A stretch of DNA of 64,000 nt from Escherichia coli (lineage in GTDB: Bacteria > Pseudomonadota > Gammaproteobacteria > Enterobacterales > Enterobacteriaceae), in assembly GCF_030013205.1 (NCBI RefSeq), contig NZ_CP122648.1. The stretch is one strand, 5' to 3'. Positions within the stretch are counted from its first letter, which is position 1. Each line of letters begins with the position of its first letter. Shown here one piece after another: positions 10,941 through 20,811 of the stretch. A model generated the notes under the pieces. The model was not told the origin of the DNA. It did not search any database and saw only the letters and a list, made by a program, of their open reading frames with translations. A program made the position numbers and the translations under genes.

Positions 10941-12326
10941 ATGAGTCACATCACAACGGAAGATCCAGCAACTTTACGCCTGCCCTTTAAAGAGAAACTC
11001 TCTTACGGTATCGGCGATCTGGCCTCTAACATCCTGCTGGATATTGGTACGCTTTATCTTTTGAAGTTTTATACCGACGTTCTGGGGCTACCTGGTACCT
11101 ATGGCGGCATTATCTTTTTGATCTCGAAATTCTTTACCGCCTTTACCGATATGGGAACCGGCATCATGTTGGATTCCCGACGCAAGATCGGTCCAAAAGG
11201 TAAGTTCCGTCCTTTTATTCTGTATGCGTCATTCCCGGTCACCTTACTGGCGATCGCCAACTTTGTCGGCACACCGTTTGATGTCACCGGTAAAACGGTG
11301 ATGGCCACTATTCTGTTTATGCTTTACGGACTGTTTTTCAGCATGATGAACTGCTCCTACGGCGCAATGGTCCCCGCTATCACCAAAAACCCCAACGAAC
11401 GCGCCTCACTGGCGGCATGGCGTCAGGGCGGCGCTACGCTGGGCCTGCTGCTGTGCACGGTGGGATTCGTGCCGGTTATGAATCTTATCGAGGGGAATCA
11501 GCAACTTGGCTATATCTTCGCCGCCACGCTGTTTTCACTGTTCGGCCTGCTGTTTATGTGGATCTGCTACTCGGGCGTGAAAGAGCGTTATGTCGAAACC
11601 CAACCTGCTAATCCGGCGCAAAAGCCTGGCCTGTTGCAATCTTTCCGCGCAATTGCCGGTAACCGCCCGCTGTTCATTCTGTGTATTGCTAACCTCTGCA
11701 CCTTAGGGGCGTTTAACGTCAAGCTCGCCATTCAGGTTTATTACACCCAGTACGTGCTTAACGATCCCATCCTGTTGTCATATATGGGATTTTTCAGCAT
11801 GGGCTGTATTTTCATCGGCGTGTTCCTGATGCCTGGCGCAGTCAGACGTTTTGGTAAGAAGAAGGTCTATATCGGCGGCCTGCTGATTTGGGTGCTTGGC
11901 GATCTGCTCAACTATTTCTTTGGCGGCGGTTCGGTCAGCTTCGTGACGTTCTCCTGCCTGGCATTCTTCGGCTCAGCGTTTGTTAACAGCCTGAACTGGG
12001 CGCTGGTTTCCGACACCGTGGAATATGGCGAATGGCGCACCGGCGTGCGTTCGGAAGGGACGGTCTACACCGGTTTCACCTTCTTTCGCAAAGTTTCTCA
12101 GGCGCTGGCTGGTTTCTTCCCCGGCTGGATGCTGACGCAAATCGGCTATGTGCCGAACGTCGCACAGGCTGACCACACCATTGAAGGGTTGCGCCAGCTG
12201 ATCTTCATCTACCCAAGCGCACTGGCAGTAGTCACCATTGTGGCGATGGGTTGCTTCTACAGTCTGAACGAGAAGATGTACGTCCGCATTGTTGAAGAGA
12301 TAGAAGCCCGTAAACGCACGGCGTAA
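10941..12326 (+). CDS. yihP: GPH-family sugar:cation symporter-like transporter (sulfoglycolysis-associated)
   Basis: ORF 10908..12326 trimmed to MSHITTEDPATLRL (RBS agggag 8 nt upstream); 461 aa; paralogous to yihO. Confidence 0.9.
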   Translation: MSHITTEDPATLRLPFKEKLSYGIGDLASNILLDIGTLYLLKFYTDVLGLPGTYGGIIFLISKFFTAFTDMGTGIMLDSRRKIGPKGKFRPFILYASFPVTLLAIANFVGTPFDVTGKTVMATILFMLYGLFFSMMNCSYGAMVPAITKNPNERASLAAWRQGGATLGLLLCTVGFVPVMNLIEGNQQLGYIFAATLFSLFGLLFMWICYSGVKERYVETQPANPAQKPGLLQSFRAIAGNRPLFILCIANLCTLGAFNVKLAIQVYYTQYVLNDPILLSYMGFFSMGCIFIGVFLMPGAVRRFGKKKVYIGGLLIWVLGDLLNYFFGGGSVSFVTFSCLAFFGSAFVNSLNWALVSDTVEYGEWRTGVRSEGTVYTGFTFFRKVSQALAGFFPGWMLTQIGYVPNVAQADHTIEGLRQLIFIYPSALAVVTIVAMGCFYSLNEKMYVRIVEEIEARKRTA

Positions 12327-12368
12327 TTATAATAAACAACGCCCTGCGGGGCGTTATAAGGAGTGATT

Positions 12369-13772
12369 ATGTCTGACCATAATCCACTGACATTAAGACT
12401 GAATCTGCGGGAAAAAATCACCTATGGTATGGGCGACGTCGGTTCGAATTTAATGCTCTGCATCGGTACTCTGTATCTCCTCAAATTTTATACCGATGAA
12501 TTAGGGATGCCTGCTTACTATGGCGGGATTATCTTTCTGGTGGCGAAGTTTTTTACCGCGTTTACCGATATGCTCACCGGATTTTTACTCGACTCGCGGA
12601 AAAATATTGGGCCTAAAGGCAAATTTCGTCCCTTTATTTTATATGCAGCGGTTCCGGCGGCGTTAATTGCAACGCTCCAGTTTATCGCCACCACCTTTAG
12701 TTTGCCGGTTAAAACGACGATTGCCACCGCACTGTTTATGATGTTTGGACTTTCATACAGTCTGATGAACTGCTCGTATGGTGCGATGATCCCGGCAATT
12801 ACCAAAAACCCGAATGAGCGCGCGCAGCTCGCGGCTTACCGCCAGGGTGGTGCAACCATAGGGCTATTGATTTGTACCGTGGCGTTTATTCCGTTGCAGT
12901 CGCTTTTTTCTGACTCCACCGTCGGTTATGCCTGCGCGGCACTGATGTTCTCCATTGGTGGCTTTATTTTTATGATGCTGTGCTACAGAGGCGTCAAAGA
13001 GCATTATGTGGACACGACGCCAACCGGACATAAAGCCAGTATTCTCAAATCTTTTTGCGCGATATTTCGTAATCCGCCATTGCTGGTTTTGTGCATTGCT
13101 AACCTGTGTACCCTGGCGGCATTTAATATCAAACTGGCGATTCAGGTCTATTACACCCAGTATGTGCTGAATGATATTAATTTATTGTCGTGGATGGGAT
13201 TTTTCAGTATGGGATGTATCCTCGTCGGCGTATTACTGGTGCCATTAACTGTAAAATGTTTTGGTAAAAAACAGGTTTATTTAGCTGGCATGGTGCTATG
13301 GGCGGTTGGTGATATCCTGAATTATTTCTGGGGAAGTAACTCTTTCACTTTCGTCATGTTCTCTTGTGTCGCCTTTTTTGGCACGGCCTTTGTAAACAGC
13401 CTGAACTGGGCACTGGTGCCAGATACCGTAGATTACGGTGAATGGAAAACCGGTATTCGTGCCGAAGGTTCTGTTTATACCGGTTATACCTTCTTTCGTA
13501 AAATTTCTGCCGCACTTGCTGGCTTCTTGCCAGGCATTATGCTGACGCAAATCGGTTATGTTCCCAACATCGCGCAAAGTGATGCGACATTACAGGGTTT
13601 GCGTCAGCTCATTTTTATCTGGCCTTGTGCACTGGCAATTATTGCTGCATTGACGATGGGATTCTTTTACACACTCAATGAAAAACGGTTTGCATTGATT
13701 ATTGAGGAAATCAACCAACGCAAAAATAAAGAGATGGCGACAGAAGAAAAAACGGCTTCCGTAACGTTATAA
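12369..13772 (+). CDS. yihO: GPH-family transporter (sulfoquinovose importer)
   Basis: ORF 12363..13772 trimmed to MSDHNPLTLRL (RBS aaggag upstream); 467 aa. Confidence 0.9.
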   Translation: MSDHNPLTLRLNLREKITYGMGDVGSNLMLCIGTLYLLKFYTDELGMPAYYGGIIFLVAKFFTAFTDMLTGFLLDSRKNIGPKGKFRPFILYAAVPAALIATLQFIATTFSLPVKTTIATALFMMFGLSYSLMNCSYGAMIPAITKNPNERAQLAAYRQGGATIGLLICTVAFIPLQSLFSDSTVGYACAALMFSIGGFIFMMLCYRGVKEHYVDTTPTGHKASILKSFCAIFRNPPLLVLCIANLCTLAAFNIKLAIQVYYTQYVLNDINLLSWMGFFSMGCILVGVLLVPLTVKCFGKKQVYLAGMVLWAVGDILNYFWGSNSFTFVMFSCVAFFGTAFVNSLNWALVPDTVDYGEWKTGIRAEGSVYTGYTFFRKISAALAGFLPGIMLTQIGYVPNIAQSDATLQGLRQLIFIWPCALAIIAALTMGFFYTLNEKRFALIIEEINQRKNKEMATEEKTASVTL

Positions 13773-13839
13773 ATGTCAATAGCCGCTATTTCCATCCTGG
13801 TGGGTGGCGGCCTCCCTACGTTTAAAAAATGGACTTATT

Positions 13840-14532
13840 ATGAAAAAGATTCATGCAATAATTTTATTATCTTCTCTGACCTCTGCCTCGGTATTTGCTG
13901 GCGCATACGTCGAAAACAGGGAGGCATATAATCTCGCCTCCGATCAGGGCGAGGTTATGCTACGTGTGGGTTATAACTTCGATATGGGCGCGGGTATTAT
14001 GTTAACCAATACCTATAACTATCAGCGAGAAGATGAACTAAAACATGGATATAACGAAATCGAAGGTTGGTATCCTTTATTTAAACCAACCGATAAATTA
14101 ACCATCCAGCCCGGTGGCTTAATTAATGATAAGAGTATCGGTTCGGGTGGTGCTGTTTATCTGGATGTTAACTACAAATTTACTCCGTGGTTTAACCTGA
14201 CAGTGCGTAATCGCTATAACCATAATAATTACAGTTCTACAGATTTGAGCGGGGAACTGGATAATAATGACACCTATGAAGTTGGCACCTACTGGAATTT
14301 TAAAATCACCGAGAAATTCTCCTATACATTTGAACCACATTACTTCATGCGAGTAAATGACTTTAATAGCAGCAATGGAAAAGATCATCACTGGGAAATC
14401 ACTAACACCTTCCGTTATCGCATTAATGAACACTGGCTGCCTTATTTCGAATTACGCTGGTTAGATCGTAATGTCGAACCGTACCACCGCGAGCAAAACC
14501 AGATTCGTATCGGGACGAAGTATTTCTTCTGA
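13840..14532 (+). CDS. ompL: Outer membrane porin L
   Basis: ORF 13804..14532 trimmed to MKKIHAIILLSSLTSASVFA (signal peptide); 230 aa; aromatic C-terminus ...KYFF typical of beta-barrel OMPs. Confidence 0.9.
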   Translation: MKKIHAIILLSSLTSASVFAGAYVENREAYNLASDQGEVMLRVGYNFDMGAGIMLTNTYNYQREDELKHGYNEIEGWYPLFKPTDKLTIQPGGLINDKSIGSGGAVYLDVNYKFTPWFNLTVRNRYNHNNYSSTDLSGELDNNDTYEVGTYWNFKITEKFSYTFEPHYFMRVNDFNSSNGKDHHWEITNTFRYRINEHWLPYFELRWLDRNVEPYHREQNQIRIGTKYFF

Positions 14533-14540
14533 TGTGAAAC

Positions 14541-14620
<80 letters not shown>

Positions 14621-14624
14621 TAAT

Positions 14625-15305
14625 TGTGCACAGAAAACCCCCAGCTAGGCTGGGGGTTCCGGAAAGCTTTCAGCTTTGAGCCAGTTATTAAAACCCCTTT
14701 TGATTTGTTAAAACACCTTGCGGTCTGGCAACTGCAAGTGTCAAACAAGAAATCAAAAGGGGGTCCCAATGGGGAACGAAAAGAGCTTAGCGCACACCCG
14801 ATGGAACTGTAAATATCACATGGTTTTTGCGCCAAAATACCGAAGACAGGTGTTCTACAGAGAGAAGCGTAGAGCAATAGGCAGTATTTTGAGAAAGCTG
14901 TGTGAGTGGAAAAGCGTACGGATTCTGGAAGCTGAATGCTGTGCAGATCATATCCATATGCTTGTGGAGATCCCGCCTAAAATGAGCGTATCCGGGTTTA
15001 TGGGATATCTGAAAGGGAAAAGCAGTCTGATGCTTTACGAGCAGTTTGGTGATTTGAAATTCAAATACAGGAACAGGGAGTTCTGGTGCAGAGGGTACTA
15101 CGTCGATACAGTGGGTAAGAACACGGCGAAGATACAGGATTACATAAAGCACCAGCTTGAAGAGGATAAAATGGGAGAGCAGTTATCGATTCCCTATCCG
15201 GGCAGCCCGTTTACGGGCCGTAAGTAACGAAGTTGGATGCAAATGTCAGATCGTGTGCGCCTGTTAGGGCGCGGCTGGTAAGAGAGCCTTATAGGCGCAT
15301 TTGAA
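14625..15305 (+). mobile_element. IS200-family (IS200/IS605) insertion element; ends approximate
   Basis: Contains a 152-aa tnpA ORF nearly identical to Salmonella IS200 TnpA as remembered; perfect hairpin cccccag-ctagg-ctggggg at about 14640-14658 upstream of tnpA; K-12 has no such element between ompL and yihN. Exact left and right ends not determinable without an empty-site comparison. Confidence 0.7.
14769..15227 (+). CDS. tnpA: IS200 transposase TnpA (HUH Y1 transposase)
   Basis: MGNEKSLAHTRWNCKYHMVFAPKYRRQVFY...HIHMLVEIPPK...; HUH motif (HIH) and the catalytic-Tyr region recognised; RBS aaagggg upstream. Confidence 0.9.
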   Translation: MGNEKSLAHTRWNCKYHMVFAPKYRRQVFYREKRRAIGSILRKLCEWKSVRILEAECCADHIHMLVEIPPKMSVSGFMGYLKGKSSLMLYEQFGDLKFKYRNREFWCRGYYVDTVGKNTAKIQDYIKHQLEEDKMGEQLSIPYPGSPFTGRK

Positions 15306-15307
15306 AA

Positions 15308-15334
15308 ACCTCCGGCTATGCCGGAGGATATTTA
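15308..15334 (-). terminator. Putative intrinsic terminator of yihN (could alternatively be the IS200 right-end hairpin)
   Basis: Minus-strand hairpin cctccggcatagccggagg followed by ttttt, directly 3' of the yihN stop. Confidence 0.45.
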
Positions 15335-16600
15335 TTAAGCTTCAGCCGCCAGCATCTCTTTCTTACGTTGGCTAATACGCTTAACCAGCATTACGGAAAC
15401 CACCGCACCACAGAATGCGAAGCAGGCCATAATGCCAAACACGATTTTGTAGCCAATAATCCCCGGATTTAAATCCAGAATGTAGCCATACAGACTGAAG
15501 CAGAACATCGCCGGGGCGTAACCAATAAAGCTACCCAACGCCATCGCCGCGCCTGTTTTATTTTCAGCAATTTTTGCTTCGCCGATAGGTGCAAAAAATA
15601 CGGCTCGCTGTGTAAAGACTATCGCGCCAAAGCCCAGCGTACATGCCATCCCTAAATATACCGGCATACTTTCGTGCGGCAGCATAATCAACAGTACGAG
15701 CGCAGCGGTACTGATGATAAAGGTGTAGCATAGATATTTACTCGGCGATTTCAGGATCTTATCTGAAATCATGCCACCAATCGGTCCACCAATCATTTTC
15801 AGACAGTATTGGTTAATGATGCCGTAAGCCCCCACCAGCGCAACGGGCAATAGATAGATGTTTTTCAGGAATGGAATGAAGAATGTCAGGCCACAGTAAA
15901 CCGCGTAAACGAAGAAGACGTTGAAAGCGATAAGCCAGATAGTTTTGTCTTTCAGCACCGAGGTCATACTGGTGTTTTTCGATGCTCCGTCTTCTTTTTT
16001 CACCTCAACGGACGGTGCCTCTTCTTTGTCATTCAGAACAAAGAAAATGATAATGCCTACGGCAATCACAATAAGGGAATAGAACCAGATGCCTGCTTTA
16101 AAACCCAATAAGCCACTGCCAAACCAGGTAAATACTGCCAACGCAGAAAATGCCACCACGGTATCGACAATGCCACGCCCTGTTTCGAAGAAGCCAAACA
16201 ACCGACCTTGTTGTTCGCTATTGCCCAATCGACTTACCGACTTGAGCAAGACCGGCCAGTTCATCATGTCGCAAGTAACGCCAAATAGCGCCCAGACAAA
16301 GAGGATGCCCCAATACCCCGGCATTGTCGTCAAATAAACACCCAGTAATCCTGTCGCAATGAGTGAGAATGACATGGTGTATCTGCGCGGTAGTTTATCG
16401 GCAAAATAAATAGACAGAAAAAAGCCCACTGTCGTGACAAATGAGTTTACCGACATAGCATTACCAATTTGACCATTGGTCAAATGGAAATATTCCTGCA
16501 TCGGGATATAAAACGCATCTTTCAGCGACGGTAATTTATAAATTGTACCGCCACACAATGTTAATAGACTAAATAACGCCCATTTCTTTTTCGTGAGCAT
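15335..16600 (-). CDS. yihN: MFS transporter
   Basis: 421-aa ORF, polytopic hydrophobic; synteny with yihM/yihL. Confidence 0.9.
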   Translation of the reverse strand: MLTKKKWALFSLLTLCGGTIYKLPSLKDAFYIPMQEYFHLTNGQIGNAMSVNSFVTTVGFFLSIYFADKLPRRYTMSFSLIATGLLGVYLTTMPGYWGILFVWALFGVTCDMMNWPVLLKSVSRLGNSEQQGRLFGFFETGRGIVDTVVAFSALAVFTWFGSGLLGFKAGIWFYSLIVIAVGIIIFFVLNDKEEAPSVEVKKEDGASKNTSMTSVLKDKTIWLIAFNVFFVYAVYCGLTFFIPFLKNIYLLPVALVGAYGIINQYCLKMIGGPIGGMISDKILKSPSKYLCYTFIISTAALVLLIMLPHESMPVYLGMACTLGFGAIVFTQRAVFFAPIGEAKIAENKTGAAMALGSFIGYAPAMFCFSLYGYILDLNPGIIGYKIVFGIMACFAFCGAVVSVMLVKRISQRKKEMLAAEA

Positions 16601-16701
16601 AACATCCCCTAAGCGATTTTTAAAATCACTGTTTTAAAGGCAATAAGATACCGACCATTCATATCGAATGGTTTTATTAACTGCGTATGAGTTAAAACTT
16701 A

Positions 16702-17682
16702 TTAGTGGTTCAGAAGATGGTTTGCCTCTTGTTTGATTTGTTGTAGTACGTTACGCACATGATTTATCTGATTAATTGCATCTTCTTTTTCTTTACGTAA
16801 CCGCGCATCCAGTAAATGATTTTCTGGCAATGGTGTTTCACTCATCTGGCGATAAGGGATCCACGGATTATCATCTTCGTCTTCAAAGCGGAACGCCGGC
16901 GCATAGTAATCAACCTCTTCTTCCAGGCCATATGCCGTCACCTGCGGCTCATCATCACCCAGGCATATAAGGTGCGTTAATAACGCTTTGAACGGCATAT
17001 CACCCTGACCTGAAATACAGGCTTTATGACCCAGGCCACCCTCTTCTTTAACGATCAAGGCATCTTTGATATGGACCTGGGTAATATGCGGTGCCATCGT
17101 TTTTAAAGCGTCGATGGGATGCTCATTTGCATTGATCATGTTCGCAAAATCAAACAGTAAGGAAAGAGATTCCATCTCACTTTCTTTGACCAGCGACACC
17201 AGCTCATGGCTTTTTAAATCTTCATGCTGTTCGATCGTAAAAGTCAGGCCGCTGTCCTGATACGTTTCCCGTACATAGGCAATGTCGTTAGCGATGATCG
17301 ATAATACGTCGCGCAAATTACCTTCATAACGTGGATAAAAACGTACGGACGATGCCCCAGTTTTCAACGCAATGGCGACGGCTTCGTCAATAGATGCCTT
17401 ATCTGAAGCGCTGGTTTCAATATGAATATCAAGGTTCAGACGGCGGGCTTTATCCCCAAAGGCAGAGAGTTCTTTATCGTCCATATTACCAAGAGAAAAA
17501 CGCTCGCCATCCAGAACATGGATTTTGACGCCACGTAGATTATTTTCACTTGCGATATCAAGTAAATCAGCAGGCAACACTCTTTCCAGCCGCATATTTA
17601 AATGAAAGGCATAAGCATGTAAATAAAGAGGAAGAGTGTCGACACGTTGTAGAATCTTTCTTGCGTTATTTATTGTCACCAT
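16702..17682 (-). CDS. yihM: Sugar phosphate isomerase/epimerase (xylose-isomerase-like TIM barrel)
   Basis: 326-aa ORF; recognised as YihM. Confidence 0.88.
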   Translation of the reverse strand: MVTINNARKILQRVDTLPLYLHAYAFHLNMRLERVLPADLLDIASENNLRGVKIHVLDGERFSLGNMDDKELSAFGDKARRLNLDIHIETSASDKASIDEAVAIALKTGASSVRFYPRYEGNLRDVLSIIANDIAYVRETYQDSGLTFTIEQHEDLKSHELVSLVKESEMESLSLLFDFANMINANEHPIDALKTMAPHITQVHIKDALIVKEEGGLGHKACISGQGDMPFKALLTHLICLGDDEPQVTAYGLEEEVDYYAPAFRFEDEDDNPWIPYRQMSETPLPENHLLDARLRKEKEDAINQINHVRNVLQQIKQEANHLLNH

Positions 17683-17689
17683 AAAACAC

Positions 17690-18400
17690 CTACAGATTAA
17701 TGATGAGGTCTACGGCCTCAAATCGCCAATATTCAATATCTATCTGGACAATATTGCCTTGCTGGTCGGCGCGATGCTTTTCAATTAAGATCGCTGGCAT
17801 ACCCACAGAACCGCCAAGATACTTGCTGATATCGCCCGGCATTCTGACGGGTTTGAAAATCAATTTTTTTACTACCGTCTCTTTTTGGTAGCACTTTTCC
17901 CAGACTGCAGAAAATGAGTGGTTTTCAAGTTGTTCAATAAAACCCGGAGCAACTTCAGGATTAATATATGTTTCGTGATAGAAAACTTTATGTCCTTCCA
18001 GCGCCCCCCAGCCGGTGATGCGATAGAGTTCAGTTGATGGTGTCACTGCAATCAGTGGCGCGAGCGTCTCGGGAATATCGCTGGTACGGTTTTTCTCGGT
18101 AAACCCCCAGGAAGGCTCTCGTCCTTGCTCAATTGCGGCCCGCTGAAAGCTCGCTGACAGCTCCGGACTGTAATTAAATCGCGGCTGGGTCACGAACCAC
18201 CCCTTACGATCCTTACGGAAGATTTTGGATTCTGCCTCGAGGTTCAACAACGCCTGGCGCAGCGTCATACGTTTAATGCCCAGCAGTTCTCCCAGCTCTC
18301 TTTCTGAAGGGAGTTTTCCACCCGGCGTGGTGATGCCATCTTTCAACCACCGATCCAGTTTCTCTTTTGCATTTTCTACGGTGGATTGATTCTCCGCCAT
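17690..18400 (-). CDS. yihL: GntR-family transcriptional regulator
   Basis: 236-aa ORF; N-terminal GntR wHTH (ERELGELLGIKRMTLRQAL), UTRA-like C-terminus. Confidence 0.9.
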   Translation of the reverse strand: MAENQSTVENAKEKLDRWLKDGITTPGGKLPSERELGELLGIKRMTLRQALLNLEAESKIFRKDRKGWFVTQPRFNYSPELSASFQRAAIEQGREPSWGFTEKNRTSDIPETLAPLIAVTPSTELYRITGWGALEGHKVFYHETYINPEVAPGFIEQLENHSFSAVWEKCYQKETVVKKLIFKPVRMPGDISKYLGGSVGMPAILIEKHRADQQGNIVQIDIEYWRFEAVDLIINL

Positions 18401-18565
18401 TGTTTAATCCTTTTGGTTTAAACCAGACGAAGCATCTTACGCTTACGCCAAAAAAGAAAGCAATTAACGGTGTATGACTTTGCAGATAATTGTGACAAAG
18501 CTCTCTATTGACGTAATCACAGACTTATAAGGGAGATACTCGCATTGGTGTGCGCTCACGACAGG

Positions 18566-18600
18566 TAAAAAAAACCTGCCAGCAATGGCAGGTTTTTTAT
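18566..18600 (-). terminator. Intrinsic terminator downstream of typA
   Basis: Hairpin cctgccagcaatggcagg flanked by an A-run and a T-run (can act on either strand). Confidence 0.6.
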
Positions 18601-18615
18601 GACTGAAAAACGAAA

Positions 18616-20439
18616 TTAATCGTCTTTCGGTGCGCGGTTGGCGCGGCGACGATCGTTTTCCGTCAGGTGACGTTTACGAATACGGATAGAGGTTGGAGTC
18701 ACTTCTACCAGTTCGTCATCATCGATGAACTCCAGAGCTTGTTCCAGAGTCATGCGGATAGGCGGAACCAGAACAACGGCTTCGTCAGTACCGGAAGCAC
18801 GCATGTTGGTCAGTTTCTTACCGGTCAGGCAGTTTACAGTCAGGTCGTTAGAGCGGCTGTGAATACCGATAATCTGACCTTCGTAAACTTCTGCACCGTG
18901 ACCGAGGAACAGCTTACCGCGATCCTGCAGACCGAACAGCGCGAACGCTACCGCTTTACCCTGACCGTTAGAGATCAGTACGCCGTTCTGACGCTGACCC
19001 ACTTCACCCGGACGTACGTCGTCGTAGTGGCTGAAGGTGGAGTACAGCAGACCAGTACCGGAAGTCATGGTCATGAACTCAGAACGGAAGCCAATCAGAC
19101 CACGGCTTGGGATCACGTAGTCGAGACGTACGCGGCCTTTACCGTCTGGATTCATGTTTTTCAGGTCGCCTTTACGTTCGCCCAGCGCCTGCATCACAGA
19201 ACCCTGATGCTGTTCTTCAACGTCCAGCGTCACGTTTTCATACGGCTCTTGTTTACGACCGTCGATTTCACGGAAGATTACTTTCGGACGGGATACCGCC
19301 AGTTCGAAACCTTCACGACGCATGTTTTCGATCAGAACAGACAGGTGCAGTTCGCCACGACCAGAAACGCGGAACGCATCGGCGTCTTCGGTTTCTTCTA
19401 CGCGCAGCGCAACGTTGTGTACCAGTTCTTTGTTCAGACGATCCAGGATCTGACGAGACGTTACGAACTTACCTTCTTTACCGCAGAACGGCGAGGTGTT
19501 AACGCAGAAGAACATAGAAACGGTCGGCTCATCAACGGAGAGTGCCGGCAGCGCTTCAACGTTTTGCGTGTCGCAAACGGTGTCAGAAATGTTCAGTTCG
19601 CCCAGGCCCGTGATCGCCACGATATCGCCAGCTTCCGCCAGATCGGTTTCGATACGTTCCAGACCGAGGTGGCCCAGCACTTTACCGACTTTCGCGTTGC
19701 GGGTTTTGCCTTCGCTATCGATGATAGTAACCTGCTGGTTCGGCTTCACTTTACCGCGCTTGATGCGGCCAATGCCGATAACGCCAACATAGCTGTTGTA
19801 ATCGAGCTGAGAAATCTGCATCTGGAACGGACCGTCAAGGTCAACGTCCGGCGCAGGAACGTGGTCAACAATCGCCTGATACAGCGGGGTCATGTCTTCC
19901 GCCATATCTTCGTGGTCCAGACCCGCGATACCGTTCAGCGCAGAAGCGTAAACGATCGGGAAGTCCAGCTGCTCGTCGGTCGCGTCGAGGTTAACGAACA
20001 GATCGAATACCTGATCCACAACCCAATCAGGACGCGCGCCAGGGCGGTCAACTTTGTTGATAACAACAATCGGCTTCAGGCCGTAAGCAAACGCTTTTTT
20101 GGTTACGAAGCGCGTTTGCGGCATCGGGCCGTCAAATGCGTCAACCACCAGCAGCACTGAGTCTACCATGGACATTACACGTTCAACTTCACCACCGAAG
20201 TCGGCGTGCCCCGGGGTATCAACGATGTTGATACGGTAATCATTCCATTTGATAGCGGTGTTTTTCGCGAGGATGGTAATCCCACGCTCTTTCTCCAAAT
20301 CGTTGGAGTCCATCACGCGCTCTTGGGTTTCGGCACGAGAGTCGAACGTACCGGATTGTTGGAGCAGCTTGTCTACCAGGGTGGTTTTACCATGGTCTAC
20401 GTGCGCGATGATGGCGATATTACGCAATTTTTCGATCAC
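18616..20439 (-). CDS. typA: Ribosome-associated translational GTPase BipA/TypA
   Basis: 607-aa [26 protein letters not shown]...; G1 AHVDHGKTT and G3 DTPGH motifs. Confidence 0.95.
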   Translation of the reverse strand: MIEKLRNIAIIAHVDHGKTTLVDKLLQQSGTFDSRAETQERVMDSNDLEKERGITILAKNTAIKWNDYRINIVDTPGHADFGGEVERVMSMVDSVLLVVDAFDGPMPQTRFVTKKAFAYGLKPIVVINKVDRPGARPDWVVDQVFDLFVNLDATDEQLDFPIVYASALNGIAGLDHEDMAEDMTPLYQAIVDHVPAPDVDLDGPFQMQISQLDYNSYVGVIGIGRIKRGKVKPNQQVTIIDSEGKTRNAKVGKVLGHLGLERIETDLAEAGDIVAITGLGELNISDTVCDTQNVEALPALSVDEPTVSMFFCVNTSPFCGKEGKFVTSRQILDRLNKELVHNVALRVEETEDADAFRVSGRGELHLSVLIENMRREGFELAVSRPKVIFREIDGRKQEPYENVTLDVEEQHQGSVMQALGERKGDLKNMNPDGKGRVRLDYVIPSRGLIGFRSEFMTMTSGTGLLYSTFSHYDDVRPGEVGQRQNGVLISNGQGKAVAFALFGLQDRGKLFLGHGAEVYEGQIIGIHSRSNDLTVNCLTGKKLTNMRASGTDEAVVLVPPIRMTLEQALEFIDDDELVEVTPTSIRIRKRHLTENDRRRANRAPKDD

Positions 20440-20587
20440 AACTTTGCCTCAGGCATTAGAAATAGCGCGTTATTGTACACGGATTAATCGCACTACAAAA
20501 CAGGATCACAAACATCCTCCGCAAACAAGTATTGCAGAGTCCCTTTGTGATCGCTTTCACGGAGCATAAAAAGGGTTATCCAAAGGT

Positions 20588-20640
20588 CATTGCACCAATA
20601 TGGTGCTTAATGTTTCCATTGAAGCACTATATTGGTGCAA
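20588..20640 (+). promoter_or_regulatory. Tandem NtrC (NRI) binding sites / enhancer upstream of glnA
   Basis: tgcaccaatatggtgc (20591-20606) and gcactatattggtgc (20624-20638), both fitting the NtrC TGCACC-N5-GGTGCA dyad. Confidence 0.65.
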
Positions 20641-20712
20641 CATTCACATCGTGGTGCAGCCCTGTTGCACGATGGTGCGCATGATAACGCCTTTTAGGGG
20701 CAATTTAAAAGT

Positions 20713-20728
20713 TGGCACAGATTTCGCT
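20713..20728 (+). promoter_or_regulatory. Sigma-54 promoter glnAp2
   Basis: tggcacagatttcgct: GG and GC at the -24/-12 spacing, about 85 nt upstream of the glnA ATG. Confidence 0.7.
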
Positions 20729-20811
20729 TTATCTTTTTTACGGCGACACGGCCAAAATAATTGCAGATTTCGTTACCACGACGACCATGACCAATCCAGG
20801 AGAGTTAAAGT

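Noticed and set aside
18667-20160. 497-aa ORF on the plus strand
   Set aside because: Lies entirely antisense to typA, a well-supported conserved gene; long antisense ORFs are common opposite genes with strong codon bias. No recognisable protein family and no RBS.
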